DNA from: Candidatus Heimdallarchaeota archaeon | GTDB lineage: Archaea > Asgardarchaeota > Heimdallarchaeia > JABLTI01 | Reading direction: 5' to 3' | Assembly: GCA_030614005.1 (NCBI GenBank) | Contig: JAUWKS010000005.1 | Location: 82,604-114,603, forward strand | Length of the DNA: 32,000 bases | The notes under the pieces: generated by a model | What the model was told of the DNA's origin: nothing | Database searches by the model: none | What the model saw: the letters and a program-made list of their open reading frames with translations, nothing else | Part shown: piece after piece, positions 8,278-18,020 of the stretch | Position numbering within the stretch: the stretch's first letter is position 1 | Layout: every line of letters starts with the position of its first letter | Program-made: the position numbers and the translations under genes

Positions 8278-9024
8278 ATGGTAAGGATTGATTATTGTTC
8301 GATTTGTGGGAAAATGCTGCATGGGATTGTACGTAATTGTAGTTATTGTGCTAGAACATTGTGTAGGAAACATTGTGTAAATGGATTGTGTCCAGATCAT
8401 CAACATACGATGACAGCTAAACAATCAAAACAACTTGGACAACAAACTAATTCATCAATTTGGTTAATTATATGTGTATGTCCTATTGGATTATTTTCAC
8501 TTATGTTTGGTATATTTGGTTTGATTTGGGGGGATGGCTTAATTTTTGGGCTTGTTAGTATGTCAATTTTTGTTGTTGTTATTATTGTAACAGTTCTAAT
8601 TCTTAGAAGGAATAGCAGACGTATTGATAACATTCATACTGAAATAAATCAAGATCGACAGCAATTAGTTAGCATTTGTCCAAATTGTGGCGGTCCAATT
8701 ATGGCTAGTAATTCTTCATGTTCGAATTGTGGTACACCTGTTGATTATTTAACATCTCAGCCATTACCCACTCCCCAAAAAATAAGTAATGATCAAGAAC
8801 ACCACATACCTCCACCTCCTCCTGGTTGGACACCGAATCCACAAATCGACAGAGGTTTACAAGAAATTGTTGATGCAAATCCTGGGTCCAAAATTGAAGT
8901 CACAGGATTTTATGATGAGGCAACAAATTCCGGATTTCATATTTGTAAGCATTGTAACATGAGATTTGAAACCAAAGGTAATACTCGAGAGTGTCCTTAT
9001 TGCCGAAAACCATTATATGGTTAA
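8278..9024 (+). CDS. Membrane protein with multiple zinc ribbons/fingers and a proline-rich linker
   Basis: N-terminal CSIC/CSYC/CRKHC/CPDH cluster, two TM segments, CPNC..CSNC double ribbon, PPPPPG, C-terminal CKHC..CPYC. Confidence 0.8.
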   Translation: MVRIDYCSICGKMLHGIVRNCSYCARTLCRKHCVNGLCPDHQHTMTAKQSKQLGQQTNSSIWLIICVCPIGLFSLMFGIFGLIWGDGLIFGLVSMSIFVVVIIVTVLILRRNSRRIDNIHTEINQDRQQLVSICPNCGGPIMASNSSCSNCGTPVDYLTSQPLPTPQKISNDQEHHIPPPPPGWTPNPQIDRGLQEIVDANPGSKIEVTGFYDEATNSGFHICKHCNMRFETKGNTRECPYCRKPLYG

Positions 9025-9029
9025 ATCAA

Positions 9030-9075
9030 ATTTCTTTTTCTGTTTTTCTCTCTATTTCTTCTCGTTTTCTCTTTT
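9030..9075 (+). terminator. Pyrimidine/oligo-T tract between convergent genes
   Basis: Long T/C-rich run directly after the stop at 9024. Confidence 0.4.
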
Positions 9076-9155
9076 AATAAATATACAACAAATTACAAAA
9101 AATAGTAAAGTTAATTGAATATGCACAATATCCTATATTCCTAATTTTAAGAAAT

Positions 9156-9707
9156 TCATTCTTTTTGATTTCCATTTTCTAAGAATTGATATATTTCATT
9201 TAATGGTAGATGATCGGCAATACTGTTTATTTAATATGCTCGTTTAATAACTAGATTTTCAATTAAGAAATCTGCAGGTACTAAGTTCACTTGCCCTTCC
9301 CTTTTGCCAGTTTTAAATCCCTTTTTAATTGCTTTATTCATAGTTTTAGTGAGACCACCCTTAACGTATTTTAGCCAAGATTTCTCTACACCAAATAATT
9401 TGTAAATTTTTCTTTCAGGATCAGGGATTAAAGGGAAAGGTACTTCTTGCTTACCAACATATTGTTCCATGCTTTCCATAGGAGATTGGAAGAAAGCAAT
9501 GATAACTAGTCCCTTCTTTTTTAGCGTATCATATTCTTGAATCAGTTGACTAATTCGTAGGTTACATAATGCACAAGAAGCATATCTAAAAAATGAGAGT
9601 AATATTTTTTTCTCTTTGTAATCTTCCAGTTTAATGTTATTTCCTTCAAAATCCGTTACAGAGAATAATTTTGCTTTATTTCCTTCTTTCAGTCTCATTT
9701 CAATCAA
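9156..9707 (-). pseudogene. AhpC/TSA (redoxin, peroxiredoxin-like) protein with a premature TAA at 9231-9233
   Basis: DFEGNNIKLEDY, FFRYASCALCNLRI (CxxC), FPLIPDPERKIYKLFGV; reading continues in frame past the TAA as INSIADHLPLNEIYQFLENGNQKE* to 9156, matching the family's AYY...DH.P C-terminus. Confidence 0.7.
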
Positions 9708-9842
9708 ATAGTGATTACTAAATATTTGAATTAAAGATGTTGGTTCAGAAAATACTGTGCTAGTTTCTAAAAAATGTTTTTTACTACTTCATTAATCAAT
9801 TTTATATTAAAAGTTTATAATTTGGAATAACAATCTAATTTT

Positions 9843-10586
9843 ATGCCTGATAAAAACAAAAATTCTTTACTTCTTGTAGAAATCTTATCCTCTCCATGGT
9901 CGACCACAGATTTCTCCAATGAGAAGGTGAAAATTAAAGGTGCAGTGAAGGCTGATTCACTTGAAATTGGTGTATCTGAAATTGACCTTATAGCTAGTTT
10001 GTTGGATCATAAAGATCCAAAAGTACAAATTGGTGCAACTAAGATACTTGGGTTATTTAAACAAAATGCAAATGCTTATGTCAAGAAAATATCAGAACTT
10101 TATAGCTTAACAGATGAAAAAGAACGCAACGAAATTATTGTTGCTCTTTCGAGTATTGGTACATTAGATGCGCTTAAAGCTCTAGGAGATATAGTAGCTA
10201 GTCAGCCGTCATATGACGAATTATTTGATATAATCTTCCATATTGGTTCCTTTTTTGTTGATTATCCAATTGAGAGTTTAGAAGCAATCCTTCAATGTCA
10301 TACCAATGAACCTATGTGGGGAGTCATTCAAGGAAGTTTTAGAAAACCTCTAGAGAAGAAAGTAGATAATAAAACAGATTCACTTAGGGAAGAAATAGAA
10401 TCCTTCGAGCGAATACCAATAGGTATTAGTCAAGAAATGGAACGTCAAAGGGTAACAAAGAATGCTGTGTTCTTTAGAATAAAACAAAATATGACACTAA
10501 TACTACAAATGGAGCAAAGTAAAAATAAAGATGAGAGTAAAGCAGCTAAAATTTTCATTAAGAAAATTAGGAAATTACTGAAATAG
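9843..10586 (+). CDS. HEAT/ARM-like repeat protein
   Basis: LLDHKDPKVQIGATKILG and ERNEIIVALSSIG...ALKALGD HEAT-like units. Confidence 0.65.
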   Translation: MPDKNKNSLLLVEILSSPWSTTDFSNEKVKIKGAVKADSLEIGVSEIDLIASLLDHKDPKVQIGATKILGLFKQNANAYVKKISELYSLTDEKERNEIIVALSSIGTLDALKALGDIVASQPSYDELFDIIFHIGSFFVDYPIESLEAILQCHTNEPMWGVIQGSFRKPLEKKVDNKTDSLREEIESFERIPIGISQEMERQRVTKNAVFFRIKQNMTLILQMEQSKNKDESKAAKIFIKKIRKLLK

Positions 10587-10597
10587 CAATCTCCTAA

Positions 10598-11320
10598 TTA
10601 TTTTGTTTTTTCATCCCAATAATCGTAACAACTACTGCAGAGTCCTCCTGGTGCATCCATCAGACCTCCACAATTCCAACAAAGATCAAGTTTTTCATAA
10701 TGTGAAACCTTTCCAAAGGATTCTCTATTTGCATCAGATAATCCAAAGTATTTTAGCGATTTATTCTTAATACCTTCAAATACACTCAGTAATGATTTTA
10801 CTTCAATTGATCGAAATAGTTTGATAAAAATTGCAAACCCTATAAGAAGTGTTTTGTCAATCTCAGACCAATCTTTCCACACTTCCTTGAAATGTTTATC
10901 TAGAATTTTATATCCTTTACCAAGTTCATCATAAGCTGAATCTTTCCCAAATATCACAAAGTGAAATACTCTGTCCATGTGATCCTTATACATGTAAATA
11001 TCATTAATAGTGTCAAAATACCAAAATATCAATTCTATGTTGGCAAAATATTCATTATCACATTTTTCTCCATGTAAATTTGTTACAATATATCTTTGCT
11101 GAAGGAATTTTTTCGGAATTGCATTTTGGTTTGAATTAAAGTCTTTATTTTTTGGAGCTCGAAAAAAAGTGAGATGTTCGTCCTCCTCTTTCGTAAAGAT
11201 AATATCCTCTTCCGTAATTTTATCTTTAAATCTAAATTTTATGTAGAGTTTTAACCAATCTAATTCTTCTTCTGAGAATCCCTCTTTTTTTATTGATCGT
11301 AACTTTAGCTTGTTCAGCAA
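10598..11320 (-). CDS. Hypothetical protein with C-terminal zinc ribbon
   Basis: 240 aa; TTG start with GAGGG upstream; CWNCGG-x7-CSSC at the C-terminus. Confidence 0.7.
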   Translation of the reverse strand: MLNKLKLRSIKKEGFSEEELDWLKLYIKFRFKDKITEEDIIFTKEEDEHLTFFRAPKNKDFNSNQNAIPKKFLQQRYIVTNLHGEKCDNEYFANIELIFWYFDTINDIYMYKDHMDRVFHFVIFGKDSAYDELGKGYKILDKHFKEVWKDWSEIDKTLLIGFAIFIKLFRSIEVKSLLSVFEGIKNKSLKYFGLSDANRESFGKVSHYEKLDLCWNCGGLMDAPGGLCSSCYDYWDEKTK

Positions 11321-11367
11321 ATAATTCCCTCATTAGATTTAGTTTTATATTATTAAATAATTAATAT

Positions 11368-11829
11368 TTATAAAAGTGATTCTTCTGCAGTAATAGCACT
11401 TTTCTTCTCTGAATAGTTTCGTCTAAATTCTTGTAATAATACCTTTCTTCTATGATTGAACCAAATAAAAGATCCAATTGCTACAACCAAAAAAAATACG
11501 AAAGGTAATGTAAGCGTGTATAGAAACAATAATGACACATCAAATATGTAATTGTGTGGTAAAGCGTAAAATGGATTTGAGTGATAATGAGTGAAATAAG
11601 TTATTACAGGTATTGAGAGGCAAGTAATGATTGAACTCAAATTTAGTGATAATGCGAGATTATATCTCAAATCATTGACTTTCTTACTCTTTTTTCTCAG
11701 ATTCAAAATAGTGAAACAGATAATTCCACAGAAAACTGTTAGAATGAGATAAATTATAGAATAAACTAGAACATATTGTTGTATTGTTCCATCTGGCTCA
11801 AGTAAAAAGAGAATATTCATATCATTCAC
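11368..11829 (-). CDS. Hypothetical membrane protein (3 TM)
   Basis: Three hydrophobic segments; no family recognised. Confidence 0.65.
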   Translation of the reverse strand: MNDMNILFLLEPDGTIQQYVLVYSIIYLILTVFCGIICFTILNLRKKSKKVNDLRYNLALSLNLSSIITCLSIPVITYFTHYHSNPFYALPHNYIFDVSLLFLYTLTLPFVFFLVVAIGSFIWFNHRRKVLLQEFRRNYSEKKSAITAEESLL

Positions 11830-11924
11830 TCAAAAATATTATAATTTAAATAATTAAAAATATTGTTGTTTTTTAGAAAGTTTTTTTAAAAAGAAGCAAC
11901 TATTTTCTAGCGAGACGATTTCAG

Positions 11925-12410
11925 ATGAAAATTGGTATAATTATTTGTGCTCGATACAAAGCTTGTGATGGTGGAAAGTGTTTTCGAGCAGTTAATAATC
12001 ATGAAGGAGCATTCCGAAGATATTCAAAAGATGAACCTTTAGAAGTTGTTGCTTACACTTCTTGTGGAGGTTGTCCAGGTGGCAACATAGAAGTTACTGC
12101 TGCTAATGGTTTTAAGAAATATGGTGCAGAAGCAATTCATCTTGCTACTGGACTTTTAGCTGGTTATCCACCTTGTAAATATTTGTCTACTCATATTAAA
12201 TTTCTAGAAGAACATACTGGATTACCTGTTATTGTTGGTACTCATCCTATGCCCACGAACTATATTGCAATGCACAAGAAAGTTGGTGATTGGTCAAAAT
12301 TCCATCTAGAATTAATGGAGAAATTTGATCTTCTTCATCCAGAAGAAACAGTAAAATACGATTCCACCCGTTCAGATTACGTTTCCATATTGCAGAAAGA
12401 AGTGAAGTAA
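11925..12410 (+). CDS. CGGC domain metal/Fe-S-binding protein
   Basis: MKIGIIIC..C.GGKCF, FRRY, SCGGCPG, IHLATG..GYPPC, VIVGTH. Confidence 0.9.
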   Translation: MKIGIIICARYKACDGGKCFRAVNNHEGAFRRYSKDEPLEVVAYTSCGGCPGGNIEVTAANGFKKYGAEAIHLATGLLAGYPPCKYLSTHIKFLEEHTGLPVIVGTHPMPTNYIAMHKKVGDWSKFHLELMEKFDLLHPEETVKYDSTRSDYVSILQKEVK

Positions 12411-12507
12411 ATTCACTTTTTCTCGATTTTTTTTAAAATTATTTACCCAAAGATTAAATTTGAACTTGATTAATGTTATAGTAGCTATGTATTGAAGATG
12501 ATTATTA

Positions 12508-13449
12508 TTGAAAAAAAGTTACAAATACATTTTTGGTCCTGTGCCATCAAGACGATTAGGTAAATCTCTTGGTGTAAGCCCCATCCCTCAAAAAACATGC
12601 AACTATTCTTGTGTATATTGTCAAATTGGACGAACAACTCATTTTACTAACACTCGAGAGGATTTTTTCCCCAGAAATGAAATTCTAGATGAAATAAAAG
12701 ATGCCGTAGAGCAATTGGATTTTGATTACGTTACTTTCGTTGGAGAAGGTGAACCCACTTTAAGTAAAAGCTTGGGCTGGTTGATAATTGAAACTAAAAA
12801 ATTAACTGATAAACCTGTTGCAGTAATTACTAATGGAGCATTGCTATATGATCCTCAAGTTAGAAACGAATTACTTACTGCAGATGTAATTCTACCAACG
12901 TTAGATGCAACTACTCAAGAATTATTTAAAAAAATAAACAGGCCAAAGAAAGAACTAGATATCGAGAAAATAATTAAAGGATTCCAAGATTTTCGCGAAA
13001 AATATACCGGACAAATTTGGATGGAAGTTATGGTAGTTGATGGATTGAATGATTCCGAAGAAGATATTGCTGCTATAAAGAAAGTATTGGATCGAATCAA
13101 ATGTGAACGAGTGTATGTCAATGTTCCAATACGGCCCCCTGCTGAAAAATGGGTAAAAATTCCAACCAAAGAGCGAGTAATTGAAATTTGTAAAATTCTG
13201 AATGCAGAAAATATCGATTCATATGAAGAAACGGAAGGATTCCACATTGATAAAGATAAAGACCTTAAAGAGCAAATTCTAAAAACAACGTTAAGACATC
13301 CTTTACGCGAATCACAAATATTGTCTATGTTAGATCTCCCAGAGGATGAGATACTGCAATTATTGCACGAAATGGAAGCAAATGGTGTAATTAGAAAAAA
13401 AATTTACAATGAAAAAACTTTCTGGGTTAGAACAAAACAAAAAGAATAG
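12508..13449 (+). CDS. Radical SAM protein (COG0731-like, Tyw1-related family)
   Basis: YIFGPVPSRRLGKSLG, CNYSCVYC (CxxxCxxC), FVGEGEPTL, VITNG, C-terminal RHP plus winged-helix-like tail. Confidence 0.9.
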   Translation: MKKSYKYIFGPVPSRRLGKSLGVSPIPQKTCNYSCVYCQIGRTTHFTNTREDFFPRNEILDEIKDAVEQLDFDYVTFVGEGEPTLSKSLGWLIIETKKLTDKPVAVITNGALLYDPQVRNELLTADVILPTLDATTQELFKKINRPKKELDIEKIIKGFQDFREKYTGQIWMEVMVVDGLNDSEEDIAAIKKVLDRIKCERVYVNVPIRPPAEKWVKIPTKERVIEICKILNAENIDSYEETEGFHIDKDKDLKEQILKTTLRHPLRESQILSMLDLPEDEILQLLHEMEANGVIRKKIYNEKTFWVRTKQKE

Positions 13450-13545
13450 AGAGATTGTTACTAATTAAAATATCATGCCAAAATCTTGTATAAGTGTCTA
13501 TCCAAAGAGAAAATTTTTACTTCATAATGTTACCTAATAGCTATT

Positions 13546-14526
13546 ATGAATCAAAATAACTCTATGTTAAAAGTTGCCGTTGTGCAAGAATCCTCGGTAA
13601 TAATGAACAAAGACGGATGTTTGAAAAAAGTAGCTGAAATAACTAAAAAAGCAGCGGATAATGGCGCAAAACTTGTTCTGTTCCCTGAAGCATTTATTCC
13701 TGCATATCCTAGAGGGTTATTATTCGGTACAAAAATAGGTAGTCGTTCAGAGGAAGGAAAAGATGATTTTGCTAGGTATAGACAGAACTCTATTGAAATT
13801 CCAAGCGAAGATATTTCTATTCTAGGCGAAATGGCGAAATCAAACAATGTTTACCTTATCGTTGGTATAATAGAACGTGATAATAGAAGTAAGGGTGGAA
13901 CACTTTATTGCTCAATGGTTTATTTTGATCCTGATGGAAACTATCTAGGCAAACACAGAAAATTAAAACCAACTGGTTCTGAAAGGTTAATCTGGGGTGA
14001 AGGTGATGGGAGCACTTTAACTGTTATTGAAACTCCATTTGGTAAAGTTGGTGGGCTAATTTGCTGGGAAAACTATATGCCTTTAGCTAGAACAGCTATT
14101 TATGGAAAAGGTGTAGACATCTATTTAGCCCCAACAGCAGATTCTCGAGAGCTCTGGCAATCAACTGTTAGGCATATTGCTTTAGAAGGACGGTGTTTTG
14201 TTCTCTCCTGCAACCAATTTGTAACTAAGGATATGTATCCTAAAGATTTGGCTTGTTATGATGAATTAAAGAGCTCTCCAGATATAATGTCTCGAGGTGG
14301 TAGTGCGATAATTGATCCAAATGGTAATTATTTGGCTGGACCGTTATTTGATTCAGCAGGAATACTTTATGCTAATCTTGATCTTTCCCTAATAGCAAAA
14401 AGTCGATTTGATTTTGATGTTATAGGTCATTATGCCCGACCAGATATTTTTCAATTAATTGTTAATGAAGAAAAACAGAAATCAGTTAACTTGAAAAAAA
14501 GAAAACGTAAATTGTTCGGTAAATGA
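13546..14526 (+). CDS. Nitrilase (carbon-nitrogen hydrolase family)
   Basis: Glu-Lys-Cys triad motifs FPEAF, HRKLKPT, ICWENYMPL; C-terminal DVIGHYARPD. Confidence 0.92.
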   Translation: MNQNNSMLKVAVVQESSVIMNKDGCLKKVAEITKKAADNGAKLVLFPEAFIPAYPRGLLFGTKIGSRSEEGKDDFARYRQNSIEIPSEDISILGEMAKSNNVYLIVGIIERDNRSKGGTLYCSMVYFDPDGNYLGKHRKLKPTGSERLIWGEGDGSTLTVIETPFGKVGGLICWENYMPLARTAIYGKGVDIYLAPTADSRELWQSTVRHIALEGRCFVLSCNQFVTKDMYPKDLACYDELKSSPDIMSRGGSAIIDPNGNYLAGPLFDSAGILYANLDLSLIAKSRFDFDVIGHYARPDIFQLIVNEEKQKSVNLKKRKRKLFGK

Positions 14527-14644
14527 TACGATATCATCGGATTTTTCTATTAAATAGTAGAGATGAAAAAAACTTGAGACTAATTACTTTTATTTGTCTA
14601 CATTTATATACTACACTTCTCCTTTTTTTAATTAGGGAATTGAA

Positions 14645-15610
14645 TTGAAAAGCAAATCGATACAATTTATTACTGGGATATCAGCAATTCTAATTATTCT
14701 TTTTTCAAGTTTCATTTTAGAACTGCAAATTGTGAAGAGTGAATTAGTCCATTCTGAGAGTGGTTATACTTCAACAAGTACCGAAGTTGAAATAAAAGAT
14801 TTTAGCGATTTTTCACTTTTTCAGGATATTGATACTGTTGAAAGTAGTATTAGTGATTCTAATATTAGTTTTAAAAGTACAGCTAGTACAATAACTCATG
14901 AGTACTATATACTCAATTTCAGTCAGTATCTTGAAAACTGTTCTAATATGGAGCTAACGATTGAGTTTAATTATAATTTTAGTAATTCTGATGCTTTAAT
15001 AGAATTTCAGTTAGGATCATATTATTATTCTAACGGAGAAAAAATGAACCCTGCATGGTGGGATGATTCTGATATAGGAACGGTAGCTATCAATGAGGAT
15101 AGATTTAGAGTTCGAACTGATTTCAAAAAAGATGGAACTAGTGATATAATCAAAAATTATGTTGGAATAGATCCAATCAATTCAGCAACAATTTATCTAA
15201 AGAAACAGAGAAATACCATGAAATGTTCAATGTCAGATAGCACCGGTAATATACTAATATCAAAAAAATGGTTCTCTATTAACTATTATATTCCAGCGAA
15301 TTTTCTTCTCATAGGCTTTTATACAAAAGTAAAAGGTAATTCAGTAAATATTACTGATATTGATGGCAATCTAACTTTTGAAAATATTGATTGGCAATCC
15401 AAAATTGCTACTGCTAAAATATTAACAATTCTAGCAGGTACTATAATACCAATTTTAGTTTTGGCTAATATGGTTTGGTTTGGCTTTCATGCCTTTAAAA
15501 AAGGTCGTAATAAAAGACGATATTCACGTAAAGAAAATATTATAAAATTGAATGAAGAAGGTTTATCAAACGAAGAGTATTTAGATAAATTAGATAGAGC
15601 TCTAAAATAA
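14645..15610 (+). CDS. Hypothetical secreted/membrane-anchored protein
   Basis: N-terminal hydrophobic segment, Ser/Thr/Asn-rich beta-rich body, C-terminal TM and basic tail. Confidence 0.7.
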   Translation: MKSKSIQFITGISAILIILFSSFILELQIVKSELVHSESGYTSTSTEVEIKDFSDFSLFQDIDTVESSISDSNISFKSTASTITHEYYILNFSQYLENCSNMELTIEFNYNFSNSDALIEFQLGSYYYSNGEKMNPAWWDDSDIGTVAINEDRFRVRTDFKKDGTSDIIKNYVGIDPINSATIYLKKQRNTMKCSMSDSTGNILISKKWFSINYYIPANFLLIGFYTKVKGNSVNITDIDGNLTFENIDWQSKIATAKILTILAGTIIPILVLANMVWFGFHAFKKGRNKRRYSRKENIIKLNEEGLSNEEYLDKLDRALK

Positions 15611-15882
15611 ATTAATACTCTTTGGATTTCTTTTTTTCTAAAAAGACTAATTTTTAGAAGTGAATTTATTGAGCAGAACGAAATTTCTGGTACTGCACTT
15701 TTTCCTATTCCTGATCATGATGGTGTTCAAGTAGACAAAAAAGACCTTCTATTTCAATTCTTTAATCATACACTTTATCACCGTGGGCAAATTATGTTAG
15801 CTCTAAATAAACTGGAAAAGAAACTGTTGGAACAGACTATATTAAGCACATTTTTAATAGAATGTTTACGAAGAATAAATGA
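15611..15882 (+). pseudogene. 3' remnant of a DinB/YfiT-family gene with an internal frameshift
   Basis: DLLFQFFNHTLYHRGQIMLALNKL carries the DinB NH-x3-HRGQ motif; restoring one G near 15814 yields GKETVGTDY..., the typical tail; no start codon after the upstream stop at 15610. Confidence 0.65.
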
Positions 15883-16055
15883 ATATTTTAATTAAAACAC
15901 GGAATCGGTTATTAACCAATTGCTTTAATTCTTTTACAATTAGTTAATTTCCTTTCAATTTTGAAATTGTTTCTCTCAAAAGTCCTCTTCTTCTTGTTGA
16001 GAAAAATTCTTAAACTTCTACTGACAATTATACTCTGAAAAGTGAGGTTAATATA

Positions 16056-17513
16056 GTGACGAGTTCAAGGTACAGACAGTTAGATCTTTCGGAAGAAGTA
16101 TCCGAATTCTTTGATGATTTTGAATTAGAGAAAGTTAGCTCAGGCATTTCTCTATTAGAGTTCTTTCAATTGAAAGGCATTCTTTTCAATCCAAATAAAA
16201 TTGAAGATAGTGAAGAAAAAATAGAGGAATTAAGGGTCACAGGAAATCCAAAACAAACGATTATTATGTCATTAGTTTGTGGCCTTGGTGTTATTGTATT
16301 AGGTATTATTATTGCCGCAGTAATAGCAATTGAGGATCTTGCTGTAGTTGCAGGCATTTTGGGGTTTTTGATAGGTGCTCCGATTATTTTCTTTGGAATT
16401 CGAAATGCTTTAACAAATGTTATTGTTTATAGTGACCGTTTAGTTTTTAGAAAACTATTAGGTGGTGCCAAAGTTTATTGGCATGAAATTAGAAGTATTG
16501 ATGTTAGATCTAAAGTTCAAATTACTAAACAGAAAAATTTCTGGGGGGTGTATAAAGAAACAGGTAGAAAAACAGTAGGTGTTATTTTAGATATTTATAT
16601 GGTTGATAAAAAAGTATCTCTAGACTTGGAAGCATATGGATTACAATCTGGTCAATATATTCTAAAGAAAATCTTTGATTATATGATTTATTTCAATCCA
16701 AAAATTCAATTTCCCAGTAGGGATGATAGAAATCAGATCCAACAAGCAATTACTAATGCATACGCCCAAATAAATAGCAACCCTAGCAAAGCATTTGAGC
16801 TTGCTATTGGTTTGTTAGTTTTAGACGATAGAGATCCTAACATTTGGAAAATTTTAGCACTCCTCATCACTAACATAATGCCTGAAGAAGCTTTTCCATT
16901 TATCGAAACAGCATTAAGTTTAGTGCCTAAAGATGCTGATCTTTGGAATGCTAAAGGGTTAGTATATGAACACTTGGGTGGAAATGATTTGGCTCTTGAA
17001 GCATACGGTCAAGCAATTGCAATTGAACCTAGACATACTTTTGCTGATAATAATCTCCGGAGACTCACTGGGCAAGATCCCATCCCAAACATTCAACCAA
17101 TTCAATTTGTTATGCCTACAAGTGAAGTTCACTCAATGGAAGCATTACCTGAAATTGAAATAAAGGTGACAGTAAAAGATATTAAACAAATTGAAAAAAT
17201 AATTGGCAAACAAGACAGAATTTCAGTTGCTCATTTAATTAAATTAACTGGTCTATATAAAAGCAAAATAATTAAAATTGCTACTGAACATTTACATTTC
17301 ATCTTAGAGGGTGATGTTTTAGTAAAGGATCCAGAAGCTCTGATTAAAGAACAAAAAGTAAAAGTGGAACGAGTAAAACATATTATTGAAAGTCAAAAAG
17401 ACGTTCCCTTGGGTTATCTGGAAATAGTTTTAAAATTACCTCAAGATGAAATTATTGATATCGTAAAAAATGAGCTTGGTTATAAAATAATTGATAATAA
17501 AGTAATCAAGTAA
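16056..17513 (+). CDS. Membrane protein with PH-like segment and TPR repeats
   Basis: GTG start with GTGAGGT RBS at 16042-48; two TM helices; VYSDRLVFRKLLGGAKVYWHEIRSI (bacterial PH-like); TPR units ADLWNAKGLVYEHLG..ALEAYGQAIAIEP. Confidence 0.8.
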   Translation: MTSSRYRQLDLSEEVSEFFDDFELEKVSSGISLLEFFQLKGILFNPNKIEDSEEKIEELRVTGNPKQTIIMSLVCGLGVIVLGIIIAAVIAIEDLAVVAGILGFLIGAPIIFFGIRNALTNVIVYSDRLVFRKLLGGAKVYWHEIRSIDVRSKVQITKQKNFWGVYKETGRKTVGVILDIYMVDKKVSLDLEAYGLQSGQYILKKIFDYMIYFNPKIQFPSRDDRNQIQQAITNAYAQINSNPSKAFELAIGLLVLDDRDPNIWKILALLITNIMPEEAFPFIETALSLVPKDADLWNAKGLVYEHLGGNDLALEAYGQAIAIEPRHTFADNNLRRLTGQDPIPNIQPIQFVMPTSEVHSMEALPEIEIKVTVKDIKQIEKIIGKQDRISVAHLIKLTGLYKSKIIKIATEHLHFILEGDVLVKDPEALIKEQKVKVERVKHIIESQKDVPLGYLEIVLKLPQDEIIDIVKNELGYKIIDNKVIK

Positions 17514-17612
17514 TTAGTATCTCGAAAAAGAGATACATTACTTTTTTCAATATTGGTTTTCTTATCTTTAGTAAATCAATCTTGATTCTAAAGCTAAATA
17601 AAAAAAATTAAA

Positions 17613-17843
17613 TCATGAAAGTGAATAGACACTTTTCATGATTGCTACATAATCTCTTTCGTTAAATTTCAAACCTAAAATATGATTTGTTTCGAAAATT
17701 TCGAAGCCATATTTGCTTAATAAATTGAGTTGGTTTTCATTCGATTTTCGTTCAATAACTATTGTATTGATTTTTAATTGAGAATTATTCTTTATATGCC
17801 TCAGAGCATAATTTATCATTTGATTAGCTATTTTTTCTCCATA
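17613..17843 (-). pseudogene. Probable 3' remnant of a GNAT acetyltransferase gene
   Basis: GEKIANQMINYALRHIK...N....LLSKYGFE resembles GNAT motifs A/B; the first ~45 aa of track ORF 17613..17984 are antisense to another remnant. Confidence 0.45.
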
Positions 17844-17844
17844 G

Positions 17845-18015
17845 GCTGGAGATAAAACAAGAGAAGTTTTGAGCAATCTTTCGCAGGAAGAATATTTAGA
17901 GATTATACTAAAAGAACAGAAAAATGCTAAGAAAATGAAAAATATTGGACACTTGATGAATATTGAAGACCCAGAAACATTCAATCAATATATCGAGGAA
18001 TTAGCAATGAAATGA
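17845..18015 (+). pseudogene. 3' remnant of an alpha/beta-hydrolase gene
   Basis: AGDKTREVLSNLSQEEYLEIILKEQKNAKKMKNIGHLMNIEDPETFNQYIEELAMK*: GH-x3-E-x-P-x2-FN catalytic-His motif; in-frame TAG at 17842-44 upstream. Confidence 0.65.
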
Positions 18016-18020
18016 CAGTT

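Noticed and set aside
11925-14526. CGGC-radical SAM-nitrilase as one novel operon
   Set aside because: Gaps of about 96 nt with their own T-tracts and AT-rich promoter-like sequence; all three families occur independently and no functional link is visible
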